Shown here piece after piece: positions 38,013-46,077 of a stretch of DNA of 64,000 nt. The stretch is from the NCBI GenBank assembly GCA_028285525.1, contig JANQOZ010000004.1, positions 3,329-67,328 of the forward strand. Direction: 5' to 3'. The stretch's first letter is position 1, and every line of letters starts with the position of its first letter. Below the pieces are notes generated by a model. That model ran no database searches. It saw only the letters and a list, made by a program, of their open reading frames with translations, and was not told the DNA's origin. This DNA comes from Lysobacterales bacterium (GTDB lineage: Bacteria > Pseudomonadota > Gammaproteobacteria > Xanthomonadales > SZUA-38). Made by a program: the position numbers and the translations under genes.

Positions 38013-40397
38013 GTGGTGGGCCAGGTCGAGGCGCTGCTGGGTGCGCTTGCGCGGCAGGGCGGCGCCCTTGATTCCTTGACGCCAGGCGGCGTACTCGCAG
38101 ACCTGGACGACGCTGAGGCGCTCGATGAGCATCAGCAGATCGGTGCCTGGCGGGTTGGCAAGCCGCTCGGCAGCGGCGGCCAGGGAACCGTCTACGCCGT
38201 TACGCGCAGCGGGGAGGGCTTTGAGCAAAGCGGTGCCCTGAAACTGCTCAACAGCCGATTGGCCAACCCCAGCGCCCTGCGTCGCTTCGAGCGCGAGCGG
38301 CGTCTGCTGGCGAGCCTCGATCATCCGGGCATTCCGACGCTCCTGGACGGCGGCGTTCTGGAGGACGGCTCCCCTTGGCTGGTGGTGGAGCTGGTCCAGG
38401 GCGAAACGCTGTCCAGCCGCCTCAGGCAGGCCCCGCTGCCGCAGGATGAGGCTGTCGATCTCGGGATCAGCCTTTGCGATACGCTGTCCCATGCGCATCA
38501 GAAGCTGATCGCGCATTCGGATCTCAAGCCGGGCAACGTCATGCTGGATCAGGGCGGCCGGGTTCGGCTCCTCGATTTTGGGATTGCCCGGCTGGTCGAC
38601 GACGCATCGCACGCGATCGCCCAAACCGGCCCTGCGTACACCCCCGCCTTTGCCGCGCCGGAACAGATCAATCAGCAGCCGGCCACCACGGCCACGGACA
38701 TTTATGGCGCCGGGGCGGTACTACTCGCTGCGTTGACCGGTCACCCGCCGTTTACCGCTGACAACGTCTCGGCTCAGCTGAATCAGATCCTGCGGGAAGA
38801 GCCACAGTTGCCGGCCCGTCTCCCGACCGATCTCGCCGCCATTATCCTGTGCTGCCTGCGAAAGGAACCGTCGCAACGTTACGCCAGCATCGACGCTCTG
38901 CAGGCGGACCTTCGGGCCTTTCGCGAAGGTCAGGCCGTTTCCGCGCGAGCGGGCGGCTGGCGTTATCGATTCGGCAAGCTTGTCGCTCGACACCGGGCCG
39001 CGAGCGCGGCGCTTGGGCTCCTGCTGATGGGGGGGCTGGCCAGCGCCGGCGTTTACGTAAGCCAGCAAAGCGCAATACGCGAACAGCGCGACCTCGCGCA
39101 GCTTGAAGCAGAGCGCGCGAACAGCATGCTCGATTTTGTGGAAAAAGCGCTGGCCGGGCTGGATTCGAATTTGAACTCGTCGCCGACGGTCGGCCAGTTT
39201 CTGCGGCAGGCGGTCGATCAGTCGGAGGAAATCAGTGATCCCGTGGCCCGGGCCCGTCTCCTGAATCTTCTGGGCCTGGCCCTGCATGGCCAGGGCGAAA
39301 CGGCCGCGGCCACTCAGGCCATGGCCCTGGCGCTGCCTTTGTTGGAGAGTACCGAACTGAGGGGTGGGGATCTCCACGTCAACGCACTCCTGGCGCTGTC
39401 GGACGAGGCGATTGCCAACGGACGGACCGCGGAAGCCATCCGACTGTCTGAGGAAGCTTTGGATCTGGCCCGAAAGGAAAACAGTCCGGTAACGCTCGAG
39501 TACGAGCTTTCGGCGGTCGGACAGCTCTCCTGGGCCCTGGCCGAAAACGGGGAGAACGATCGGGTAAGAGAACTCACTGCCCCTTACCTGGACGCCATGC
39601 AGGAGATCGCCAACGATGAGGAGTTCAACGCCTACGGCATGATTTCAATCATGGCGGGGCGGGTGGCGGAGAGCGACGAGCGTCGCTACGAGCTCGCCAG
39701 CCAGATGCATGATGCGGTGCTCGAAGCTTTCCCCGATCGACCCGCTGTCCACGTGAGGGAAAAGGTGGTGTTGGGTCGAAGGGCGCTGGCGCTCGGCAGT
39801 GCTGCAGAAGCGCTGAGGCTGTTCGAGGAAGCGGAGGCGGCCGCTCGGGCCGCCACGGACGGGGAGCCTTTTGTGGCCTCCTACGCCATCATGCAGCAGG
39901 CGGCCATTCACCGAACCCAGGGTGACTTTGCCCGTTCCTCGGAGCGGCTGGCGGTGGCTACGCCGCTGGTCGCCAGTCAGGGTCAGCGGATGGAGCAGCT
40001 CCTGGCAGCAGAGCAGATTCTGCTGGCCGTCGACGCCAACCAACTCGATAAAGCCTCAAAGCTGCTGGCCGAGCAGAATCAGTCGCCGCCCAACCCCGGG
40101 ACCAGCGCCGCGCAGGCGCTGGGTGAGGCAAAGGCACGACTGTTGTTGGCTCAGGGTGCGGCGGCTGAAGCCGTAAAGGCGGCAGCGCCCGGTTCACTGC
40201 ACGCCCGTATTGCGGGGTTGAGAGAGTCCTGCAGTTTTGTCGATGAGCCGGAGCCGCAGGAGTCTGATATGCCGAGCCTCAGCTACCGGCTGTGGAAAAT
40301 GGCCAGCGCGCGTTGCGCGGGTGAGCCTGCTGAGGCAGGCCAGCTACGTGACGAATTAGTCAGGCAACTGGGCGCTACGCACTGGATGGTTCAATAG
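38013..40397 (+). CDS. membrane Ser/Thr protein kinase (non-RD) with large extracytoplasmic TPR-like domain, paralogue 1
   Basis: Gly loop LGSGGQGTVY, Lys in GALKLL, catalytic loop HSDLKPGN, DFG, APE. Single TM at about residues 331-349, then about 445 aa of helical TPR-like sequence. The conservative start is the GTG at 38013. Conserved N-terminal sequence continues upstream to a CTG at 37905 (see findings). Confidence 0.9.
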   Translation: MVGQVEALLGALARQGGALDSLTPGGVLADLDDAEALDEHQQIGAWRVGKPLGSGGQGTVYAVTRSGEGFEQSGALKLLNSRLANPSALRRFERERRLLASLDHPGIPTLLDGGVLEDGSPWLVVELVQGETLSSRLRQAPLPQDEAVDLGISLCDTLSHAHQKLIAHSDLKPGNVMLDQGGRVRLLDFGIARLVDDASHAIAQTGPAYTPAFAAPEQINQQPATTATDIYGAGAVLLAALTGHPPFTADNVSAQLNQILREEPQLPARLPTDLAAIILCCLRKEPSQRYASIDALQADLRAFREGQAVSARAGGWRYRFGKLVARHRAASAALGLLLMGGLASAGVYVSQQSAIREQRDLAQLEAERANSMLDFVEKALAGLDSNLNSSPTVGQFLRQAVDQSEEISDPVARARLLNLLGLALHGQGETAAATQAMALALPLLESTELRGGDLHVNALLALSDEAIANGRTAEAIRLSEEALDLARKENSPVTLEYELSAVGQLSWALAENGENDRVRELTAPYLDAMQEIANDEEFNAYGMISIMAGRVAESDERRYELASQMHDAVLEAFPDRPAVHVREKVVLGRRALALGSAAEALRLFEEAEAAARAATDGEPFVASYAIMQQAAIHRTQGDFARSSERLAVATPLVASQGQRMEQLLAAEQILLAVDANQLDKASKLLAEQNQSPPNPGTSAAQALGEAKARLLLAQGAAAEAVKAAAPGSLHARIAGLRESCSFVDEPEPQESDMPSLSYRLWKMASARCAGEPAEAGQLRDELVRQLGATHWMVQ

Positions 40398-40430
40398 GTG
40401 GGCCCGCTTAACAAGCTAGACGCCAGGTAA

Positions 40431-42725
40431 GTGTCTTTGATCGGCGCCCTCGCTAGCCTGGATCAAATTGGCGCTTGGCGCATCGGCGACCGGCTGGGCA
40501 GCGGTGGCCAGGGGATGGTCTTTCAGGCTACCCGCCGCGGCGAGGGCTTCCAGCAGCATGGCGCACTCAAGGTGCTGGTCGGCCGGCTGGCCAACGACAG
40601 CGCGCTGCGTCGCTTCAAGCGCGAGCGCCGACTGCTCGCCAGCCTGGATCATCCCGGCATTCCTACGTTGCTCGACGGCGGAGTCCTCGACGATGGCTCG
40701 CCCTGGCTGGTGGTCGAGCTGGTCGATGGTGAAACCCTGTCTAATCGACTGAAGCGCGGGACGCTGTCGCCGACCGATGCCGTTGATCTGGTGATCAGCC
40801 TTTGTCGCACTTTGTCGCACGCCCATCAGCGGCTGATCGCCCATTTAGATCTCAAACCCGGCAACGTCATGCTCGAGCATGGTGGCGGTATCCGACTGTT
40901 GGATTTTGGGGTTGCGCGGTTGCTGGACGACACCTCAGATCACACCCAACAGACCAACTCGGCGTACACGCCTGCGTTCGCGGCGCCAGAGCAAATCGAT
41001 CAGGGGCCTACCGGCACGGCAACCGATATCTATGGGGCTGGCGCGTTGCTCTTCGCCGTGACCGTCGGCCGCCCGCCGGTCAGTGCGGACAATGTCTCGG
41101 CACAGTTTGAGCAGGTGTTGTGGGCAGAGCCCAAGATCCCGACGAGTATCCCGACCGACCTCGCTGCCATCATCCAGAGGTGTCTGCGAAAGGAGCCTGC
41201 CGAACGCTACGCCAGCATCGACTCCCTCGAAGCAGACCTGCATGCCTTCCGCAGGGGACAGCCGGTCAAGGCTCGGGCCGGCGGCTGGCGATACCGCCTC
41301 GCGAGACTTGTTACGCGGCACCGGGCTGCAAGCGCCGTGCTCGGGGTTCTGTTGCTGGGGATGCTGGGCACTGCCGTTGTTTACGTCGGTCAGCAAAGCG
41401 AGATCCGCGAGCAGCGTGACCTGGCGGAACTCGAGGCAGCTCGTGCAAACCGAATGCTGAGCTTTCTAGAGCGGTCTTTAACCAGCCTCAATTCCGATTA
41501 CAGCACCTCGCCTACTGTCGGCCAGTTCTTGCAGAAGGCGGTCGATGAGGTTGGGGAAATCGGCGATCCGGTCGCCCAGGTTCGGATCTTGAGATTGCTC
41601 AGTTCGGCGCTTGACTACCGAGGCGAAACGACGCGCTCTGTGGATGCAATGGCCATGGCTCTACCGCTGATAGAACAAAGCGAACTGCGGGGCGGCGCAG
41701 AGCATGTCAATGCACTGCTGGCAATATCGGACGGGGCGATAGACAACGGTCGCCTCGAGGAAGGTGCGCGGCTGGTAAGCGAGGCCCTAGAACTGGCTAA
41801 CCGGTCGGCAGGCAGCGTTCCGTTCGAGTTAGAGCTTGAGGCCGTGGGGAGGCTGGCGTGGGTGCTCGCCGAGCAAGGAGAAGACGAGAGGGTCAGAGAG
41901 CTCACCAACCCCTATGTGGACGCTATCAAAGACATCTCGAATGAAACTGAACTGAACAGCTACGGCATGATTGCTGCCATTGCCGGCCGCGTGGCGGAGA
42001 GCGATCAACGCGGCTATGAGCTGGCAAGCCGGATGCATGATGCGGTGATGCAGGCCTTCCCGGATCGGCCGGCGGTTCAAGTGCGTGAAAAGGCCATACT
42101 TGCCACCCGCGCGCTGGATCTGGGTCGACTCCACGAGGCGCTGGTGCGGTACGGTGAGGCAGAGGCGGCAGTTCGTGCCAGCACGGACGGCGAACCCTAC
42201 CTGGCGTCGTTCGCCATCATGCAGCAGGCGATCTTCTATCGGATGCAGGGAGATTTTGCCCTTGCCGGTGAAAAGCTGGCTGAAGCTGCGCCGCTGGTCG
42301 CTCCCCAGGGACAGAGGATGAAACACCTGCTGGCAGCCGAGCAGATTCTCCTCGCCGTGGATACCGGCAGGCTGGACGAAGCGGCGGGTCTGCTGGCTAC
42401 ACATGACCGGTCGCCGCCGCCGCCCGGTACCGCCGCCGCAGGGGCGCTCGGCCAGGCCAGGGCGCGCTGGCTGTTGGCCACCGGCGCCACAGCCGAAGAG
42501 GTGAGTGCAGCGGCACCCGCTTCGATGGAGGCCCGTATCGCGCGAGTGCGGGAGTCGTGCAGGGTCAACGAAGCTTCTGACGTTCTGCGCCCAGAGCCTC
42601 CCAGCTTAAGCTACCGGCTTTGGGAGATGGTCAAAGCTCGTTGCGCAGGTGAAAGTGACCTGGCAGACCAGCTGCGCGATGAGCTGGTCGCGGACCTGGG
42701 GTCATCTCATTGGATGACGCGCTAG
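40431..42725 (+). CDS. membrane Ser/Thr protein kinase (non-RD) with extracytoplasmic TPR-like domain, paralogue 2
   Basis: 764 aa with a GTG start. Collinear with paralogue 1 along its full length (LGSGGQGMVF, HLDLKPGN, DFGVA, the same TM and TPR-like tail), but lacks the N-terminal helical extension. Confidence 0.9.
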   Translation: MSLIGALASLDQIGAWRIGDRLGSGGQGMVFQATRRGEGFQQHGALKVLVGRLANDSALRRFKRERRLLASLDHPGIPTLLDGGVLDDGSPWLVVELVDGETLSNRLKRGTLSPTDAVDLVISLCRTLSHAHQRLIAHLDLKPGNVMLEHGGGIRLLDFGVARLLDDTSDHTQQTNSAYTPAFAAPEQIDQGPTGTATDIYGAGALLFAVTVGRPPVSADNVSAQFEQVLWAEPKIPTSIPTDLAAIIQRCLRKEPAERYASIDSLEADLHAFRRGQPVKARAGGWRYRLARLVTRHRAASAVLGVLLLGMLGTAVVYVGQQSEIREQRDLAELEAARANRMLSFLERSLTSLNSDYSTSPTVGQFLQKAVDEVGEIGDPVAQVRILRLLSSALDYRGETTRSVDAMAMALPLIEQSELRGGAEHVNALLAISDGAIDNGRLEEGARLVSEALELANRSAGSVPFELELEAVGRLAWVLAEQGEDERVRELTNPYVDAIKDISNETELNSYGMIAAIAGRVAESDQRGYELASRMHDAVMQAFPDRPAVQVREKAILATRALDLGRLHEALVRYGEAEAAVRASTDGEPYLASFAIMQQAIFYRMQGDFALAGEKLAEAAPLVAPQGQRMKHLLAAEQILLAVDTGRLDEAAGLLATHDRSPPPPGTAAAGALGQARARWLLATGATAEEVSAAAPASMEARIARVRESCRVNEASDVLRPEPPSLSYRLWEMVKARCAGESDLADQLRDELVADLGSSHWMTR

Positions 42726-42737
42726 CGCTCCGACGAA

Positions 42738-44150
42738 TTACGGCTCAATGTAGGTGACCCTGGCTGATCGGATCTGTAGGTTAACGTCGCTGGCGGTGAA
42801 AACCGTTCCAGCGAGATACAGCGTCCCCGCCTGGTTATTCACAACAATGTTCTGATCTAGAAACGCCAGCGTCCTAACGTTTGCTGACGCACTGGATGTT
42901 TGCCCGCTCAGAATTGGCGCCGAGCTATCGGTTGTATGTTCATTTCGTCGTAGCTGTAGGGTGAGTTGGCCGGCGGAATTGTCGACGTAGAAGAATTCGA
43001 GCGCCGTAATCACCGCGCCGTCAGGCAGTTCCAGCGGCGCAAAAAGATCGGCGAAGGAACCGCTCGATTTTTCCAGGTAAACGCCCCTGAAGTCCTGAAC
43101 CCGCACCGCGCTGGCGGTCGGGTCTGCGAGGTCGAAGGCGGTGTGCGAAATGGCTTTGACTCGAGTGGTTGCCTGGTCAGGTCCTAGAACCAGATCGCCA
43201 TTCGCTTCAACCAGCACCACCCGGTTCCCTGCGCTTGCATGGCTGAGGCCTTCGATTCTCGCATCGCCCTGTACGTGCAGCGTCTGTTCAGGAACAGCGC
43301 CACCCACACCCAACCTAGCCTCCCGATCCAGGATCAGCGAGTAGGAACCATTCCAGACCCGAAACTGGTCGGTCTGCTCATCGAATTCCGTAAACGCTCG
43401 CGGCTGTCCCGCTACGGCGTAGCCGTAAAAAGGTTTTTCCTCCGCCAGCTTGTCGACATCCACATACATACCGCCGAACGGCTCCAGGCTGAACTCGTCA
43501 TAGTCCTGAACCACAAATCTTCCCGCGCCCACCGGGCCCGTTGCTCCGCCCACGCCGGCCCCGCCATCGGTGGTGATGAAGTTCTGGCCGACCGACCAGT
43601 CGCCATCGCCAACCGGCTGGCAGGTCACCTGGCCGCTTTCGCTGATGGCGGTCACCGCCGTGCCCGCGCTGCAGGTGCCCTGAATCCGCTGCTGCACCTG
43701 AGATTCGTCGATCTGCGCACTCCCTACCGCGCCGCTGGCAATTTCGCCCGAGCCCACCGAACCCATGGCGACAAACTCCGCGTGCAGTGCATAAGGTACG
43801 GCGCTGACGGGTTGGCGCGGCAGCAAAGGTTCCAGCGGTTGAGTAGCCACATCCGGACCTACCTCGATCTCCAGCCACAGCTGATCGCCGGCAAAGGGTG
43901 AGATGCCGAAGTCGAGCTGCACGGTGAAGATGCCGTTGACCACCCTAACGTCCTGTAGCTCAATCGCTGAGCCGAGCGGCGAGCCGCCGGTATCTACGTC
44001 GAACAAAGCAAACGAGAAGTCGAACTGGCCGTTCGCCGGTTGCCCTCCCTGCTGCAGCTCACCCTGGTAGCTAAAGGCACTTTCCAGCGGTGCTGCGCCC
44101 GCAATCCTCTGGAAAACCAGCAAAAAAATCAGCAACGTTCCGTGTTTCAT
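42738..44150 (-). CDS. exported fibre/adhesin-like protein with N-terminal YQG module (paralogous module in 46078..47400)
   Basis: Start moved to the ATG at 44150 (MKHGTLLIFLLVFQRIAGAAPLE), preceded by aagggga. The N-terminal about 110 aa aligns with 46078..47400. The C-terminal part looks like a jelly-roll (LELPDGAVITALEFFYVDNS). Confidence 0.75.
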   Translation of the reverse strand: MKHGTLLIFLLVFQRIAGAAPLESAFSYQGELQQGGQPANGQFDFSFALFDVDTGGSPLGSAIELQDVRVVNGIFTVQLDFGISPFAGDQLWLEIEVGPDVATQPLEPLLPRQPVSAVPYALHAEFVAMGSVGSGEIASGAVGSAQIDESQVQQRIQGTCSAGTAVTAISESGQVTCQPVGDGDWSVGQNFITTDGGAGVGGATGPVGAGRFVVQDYDEFSLEPFGGMYVDVDKLAEEKPFYGYAVAGQPRAFTEFDEQTDQFRVWNGSYSLILDREARLGVGGAVPEQTLHVQGDARIEGLSHASAGNRVVLVEANGDLVLGPDQATTRVKAISHTAFDLADPTASAVRVQDFRGVYLEKSSGSFADLFAPLELPDGAVITALEFFYVDNSAGQLTLQLRRNEHTTDSSAPILSGQTSSASANVRTLAFLDQNIVVNNQAGTLYLAGTVFTASDVNLQIRSARVTYIEP

Positions 44151-44153
44151 GGT

Positions 44154-44185
44154 GTATCCCCTTACTTGGTTCATACAGGGGATAC
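44154..44185 (-). promoter_or_regulatory. hairpin sequestering the Shine-Dalgarno of 42738..44150
   Basis: Perfect 9-bp inverted repeat gtatcccct (44154-44162) / aggggatac (44177-44185) with a 14-nt loop. On the minus-strand mRNA the 3' arm AGGGGAUAC is the SD, 3 nt before the AUG. Confidence 0.5.
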
Positions 44186-44276
44186 GCGGTGGCTCAGCGG
44201 AACCCGACACCGCCATCTGGCCGCCAGGCGGGTATACTGCGCGCCCCTTATGCCCGGTCTGACGCCGGAACTGCTC

Positions 44277-46031
44277 ATGAACGATTCCCCAAAAGCGCCG
44301 CTAACCTTCGCTGAGCTCGAGCTGCCAGGCAGTCTCCTGAAGGCGCTTGACGCCGTCGGCTACGAAAACCCCACCCCGATTCAGGCGCAATCGATCCCGG
44401 TGCTGCTGGAAGGGCGCGACCTGCTGGGTCACGCGCCTACCGGCACCGGCAAGACCGCGGCCTTTACGCTGCCTTTGCTGGCCCGGCTGGATCTGAAGTC
44501 CAAGGCGGTACAGCTGCTGGTGCTTGCGCCGACGCGCGAGCTGGCGATCCAGGTCGCAGAGGCGTGCCAGCGCTACGCCAGCAAAATGCCCGGCTTTCAC
44601 GTGCTGCCGATCTACGGCGGTCAGGAGTACGGCCAGCAGCTTCGCCAGCTGCGTCGAGGGGTACAGGTGGTGGTCGGCACGCCGGGGCGGGTCATGGACC
44701 ACATGCGGCGCGGCTCGCTCAAGCTGGAAAACCTCAAGGCGCTGGTGCTCGACGAGGCGGACGAGATGCTCCGCATGGGTTTCATCGATGACGTCGAGTG
44801 GATCCTGGAACAGGCTCCGGAGGAGCGGCAGATGGCCCTGTTCTCCGCGACCATGCCAAAAGAAGTTGAACGGATCGCCCGGCGCCATCTGAAAGACCCG
44901 GCGACGATCGAAATCGCGGCGAAAACCGCCACGGCTGACACGATCAACCAGCGATACTGGGTGGTAAGCGGCCTCCACAAGCTGGACGCTCTGACTCGGG
45001 TGCTCGAGGTTGAGCCGTTCGACGCCACGCTCATTTTTGTGCGCACCAAGATTGCGACTACCGAGCTAGCGGAGAGGCTGGAGGCTCGAGGCCACGCCGC
45101 GGCGGCGATCAACGGCGACATGGTCCAGAAAAACCGCGAACAGGTGATCGATCGGCTGAAGCGCGGTTCGCTGGATATTCTGGTGGCCACGGACGTCGCG
45201 GCGCGGGGGCTCGATGTCGACCGAATCACGCATGTCGTTAACTACGACATCCCCTACGACGCGGAAGCCTACATCCACCGCATCGGCCGCACGGGCCGCG
45301 CCGGCCGCCAGGGGGAGGCGATCCTGTTTGTTGCCCCGCGCGAGCGGCGCATGCTCAAAACGATCGAGCGCGCGACTCGCCAGCCCATCGCCCGGCTCGA
45401 GCTGCCAACCACCGAGATGGTGAACAACAAGCGGCTGGCCGACTACAAGCAGAGCATTACGGACACCCTGGCGGCCGGCGAGCTGGAGTTTCTGCGCTCT
45501 TTGCTCGAGCAGTACCAGCAGGAGCATAACGTGCCCGCCCTCGACATCGCGGCGGCGGTTGCCAGGCTGGCGCTTGGGGATCAGCCGCTGCTGCTGAAGG
45601 ACGAGCCCAATCCGCCCGCCTTCAAGGAGCGGGATCAGCGCAGCCGGCATAAGGGAGACAAAGCGCGGGGGCAAAAAGGGAACGACAAAGGGCGAGGGCC
45701 TCGAGACGATTCTCGTCGTACGGTTGGCAAAGGCCGGCGAGACGGCGACAGGCCCGAAAAGGGCATGGACCGCTACCGGATCGACGTTGGGCACCAGCAC
45801 GGCGTTAAGCCGGGCAACATCGTCGGTGCTATCGCCAGCGAGGCGGGGCTGGATTCACGCTACATCGGACGCATCAATATCGAGCAGGATCACTCGACCG
45901 TCGACCTGCCATCCGGCATGCCCGGCGAGGTGTTTCGATCGCTCAAGAAAACCTGGGTGTGCGGACAGCGGCTGAATCTGAGCCGGGTGAATCCGCCGCC
46001 GGCCAGGGACCGTCATCGAAAGAAAAAGTGA
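44277..46031 (+). CDS. deaD: DEAD-box ATP-dependent RNA helicase DeaD/CsdA-like
   Basis: Start at the ATG at 44277 (44250 is also in frame). Q-motif GYENPTPIQ, AxTGTGKT, DEAD, SAT, HRIGRTGRAG. Arg/Lys-rich linker and C-terminal DbpA-type RNA-binding domain. Confidence 0.93.
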   Translation: MNDSPKAPLTFAELELPGSLLKALDAVGYENPTPIQAQSIPVLLEGRDLLGHAPTGTGKTAAFTLPLLARLDLKSKAVQLLVLAPTRELAIQVAEACQRYASKMPGFHVLPIYGGQEYGQQLRQLRRGVQVVVGTPGRVMDHMRRGSLKLENLKALVLDEADEMLRMGFIDDVEWILEQAPEERQMALFSATMPKEVERIARRHLKDPATIEIAAKTATADTINQRYWVVSGLHKLDALTRVLEVEPFDATLIFVRTKIATTELAERLEARGHAAAAINGDMVQKNREQVIDRLKRGSLDILVATDVAARGLDVDRITHVVNYDIPYDAEAYIHRIGRTGRAGRQGEAILFVAPRERRMLKTIERATRQPIARLELPTTEMVNNKRLADYKQSITDTLAAGELEFLRSLLEQYQQEHNVPALDIAAAVARLALGDQPLLLKDEPNPPAFKERDQRSRHKGDKARGQKGNDKGRGPRDDSRRTVGKGRRDGDRPEKGMDRYRIDVGHQHGVKPGNIVGAIASEAGLDSRYIGRINIEQDHSTVDLPSGMPGEVFRSLKKTWVCGQRLNLSRVNPPPARDRHRKKK

Positions 46032-46077
46032 GGCGCCGCCAGCCGGGAGGGCTGTGACCGGCGACACCCCAAAAACG

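Noticed and set aside
37157-38624. Minus-strand ORFs 37157..37993 (278 aa) and 37533..38624 (363 aa)
   Set aside because: They are antisense to the ECF sigma factor and kinase 1, whose motifs are unambiguous. Their Arg/Pro/Ala-rich low-complexity translations mark them as shadow ORFs.
40801-40820. Tandem 10-bp duplication tttgtcgcac tttgtcgcac inside kinase 2
   Set aside because: It lies within an intact reading frame (encoding LCRTLSH). The 10-nt unit is not a multiple of three, yet the frame and the alignment with kinase 1 (LCDTLSH) are preserved. It is therefore a coincidental codon pattern, not a slippage scar.
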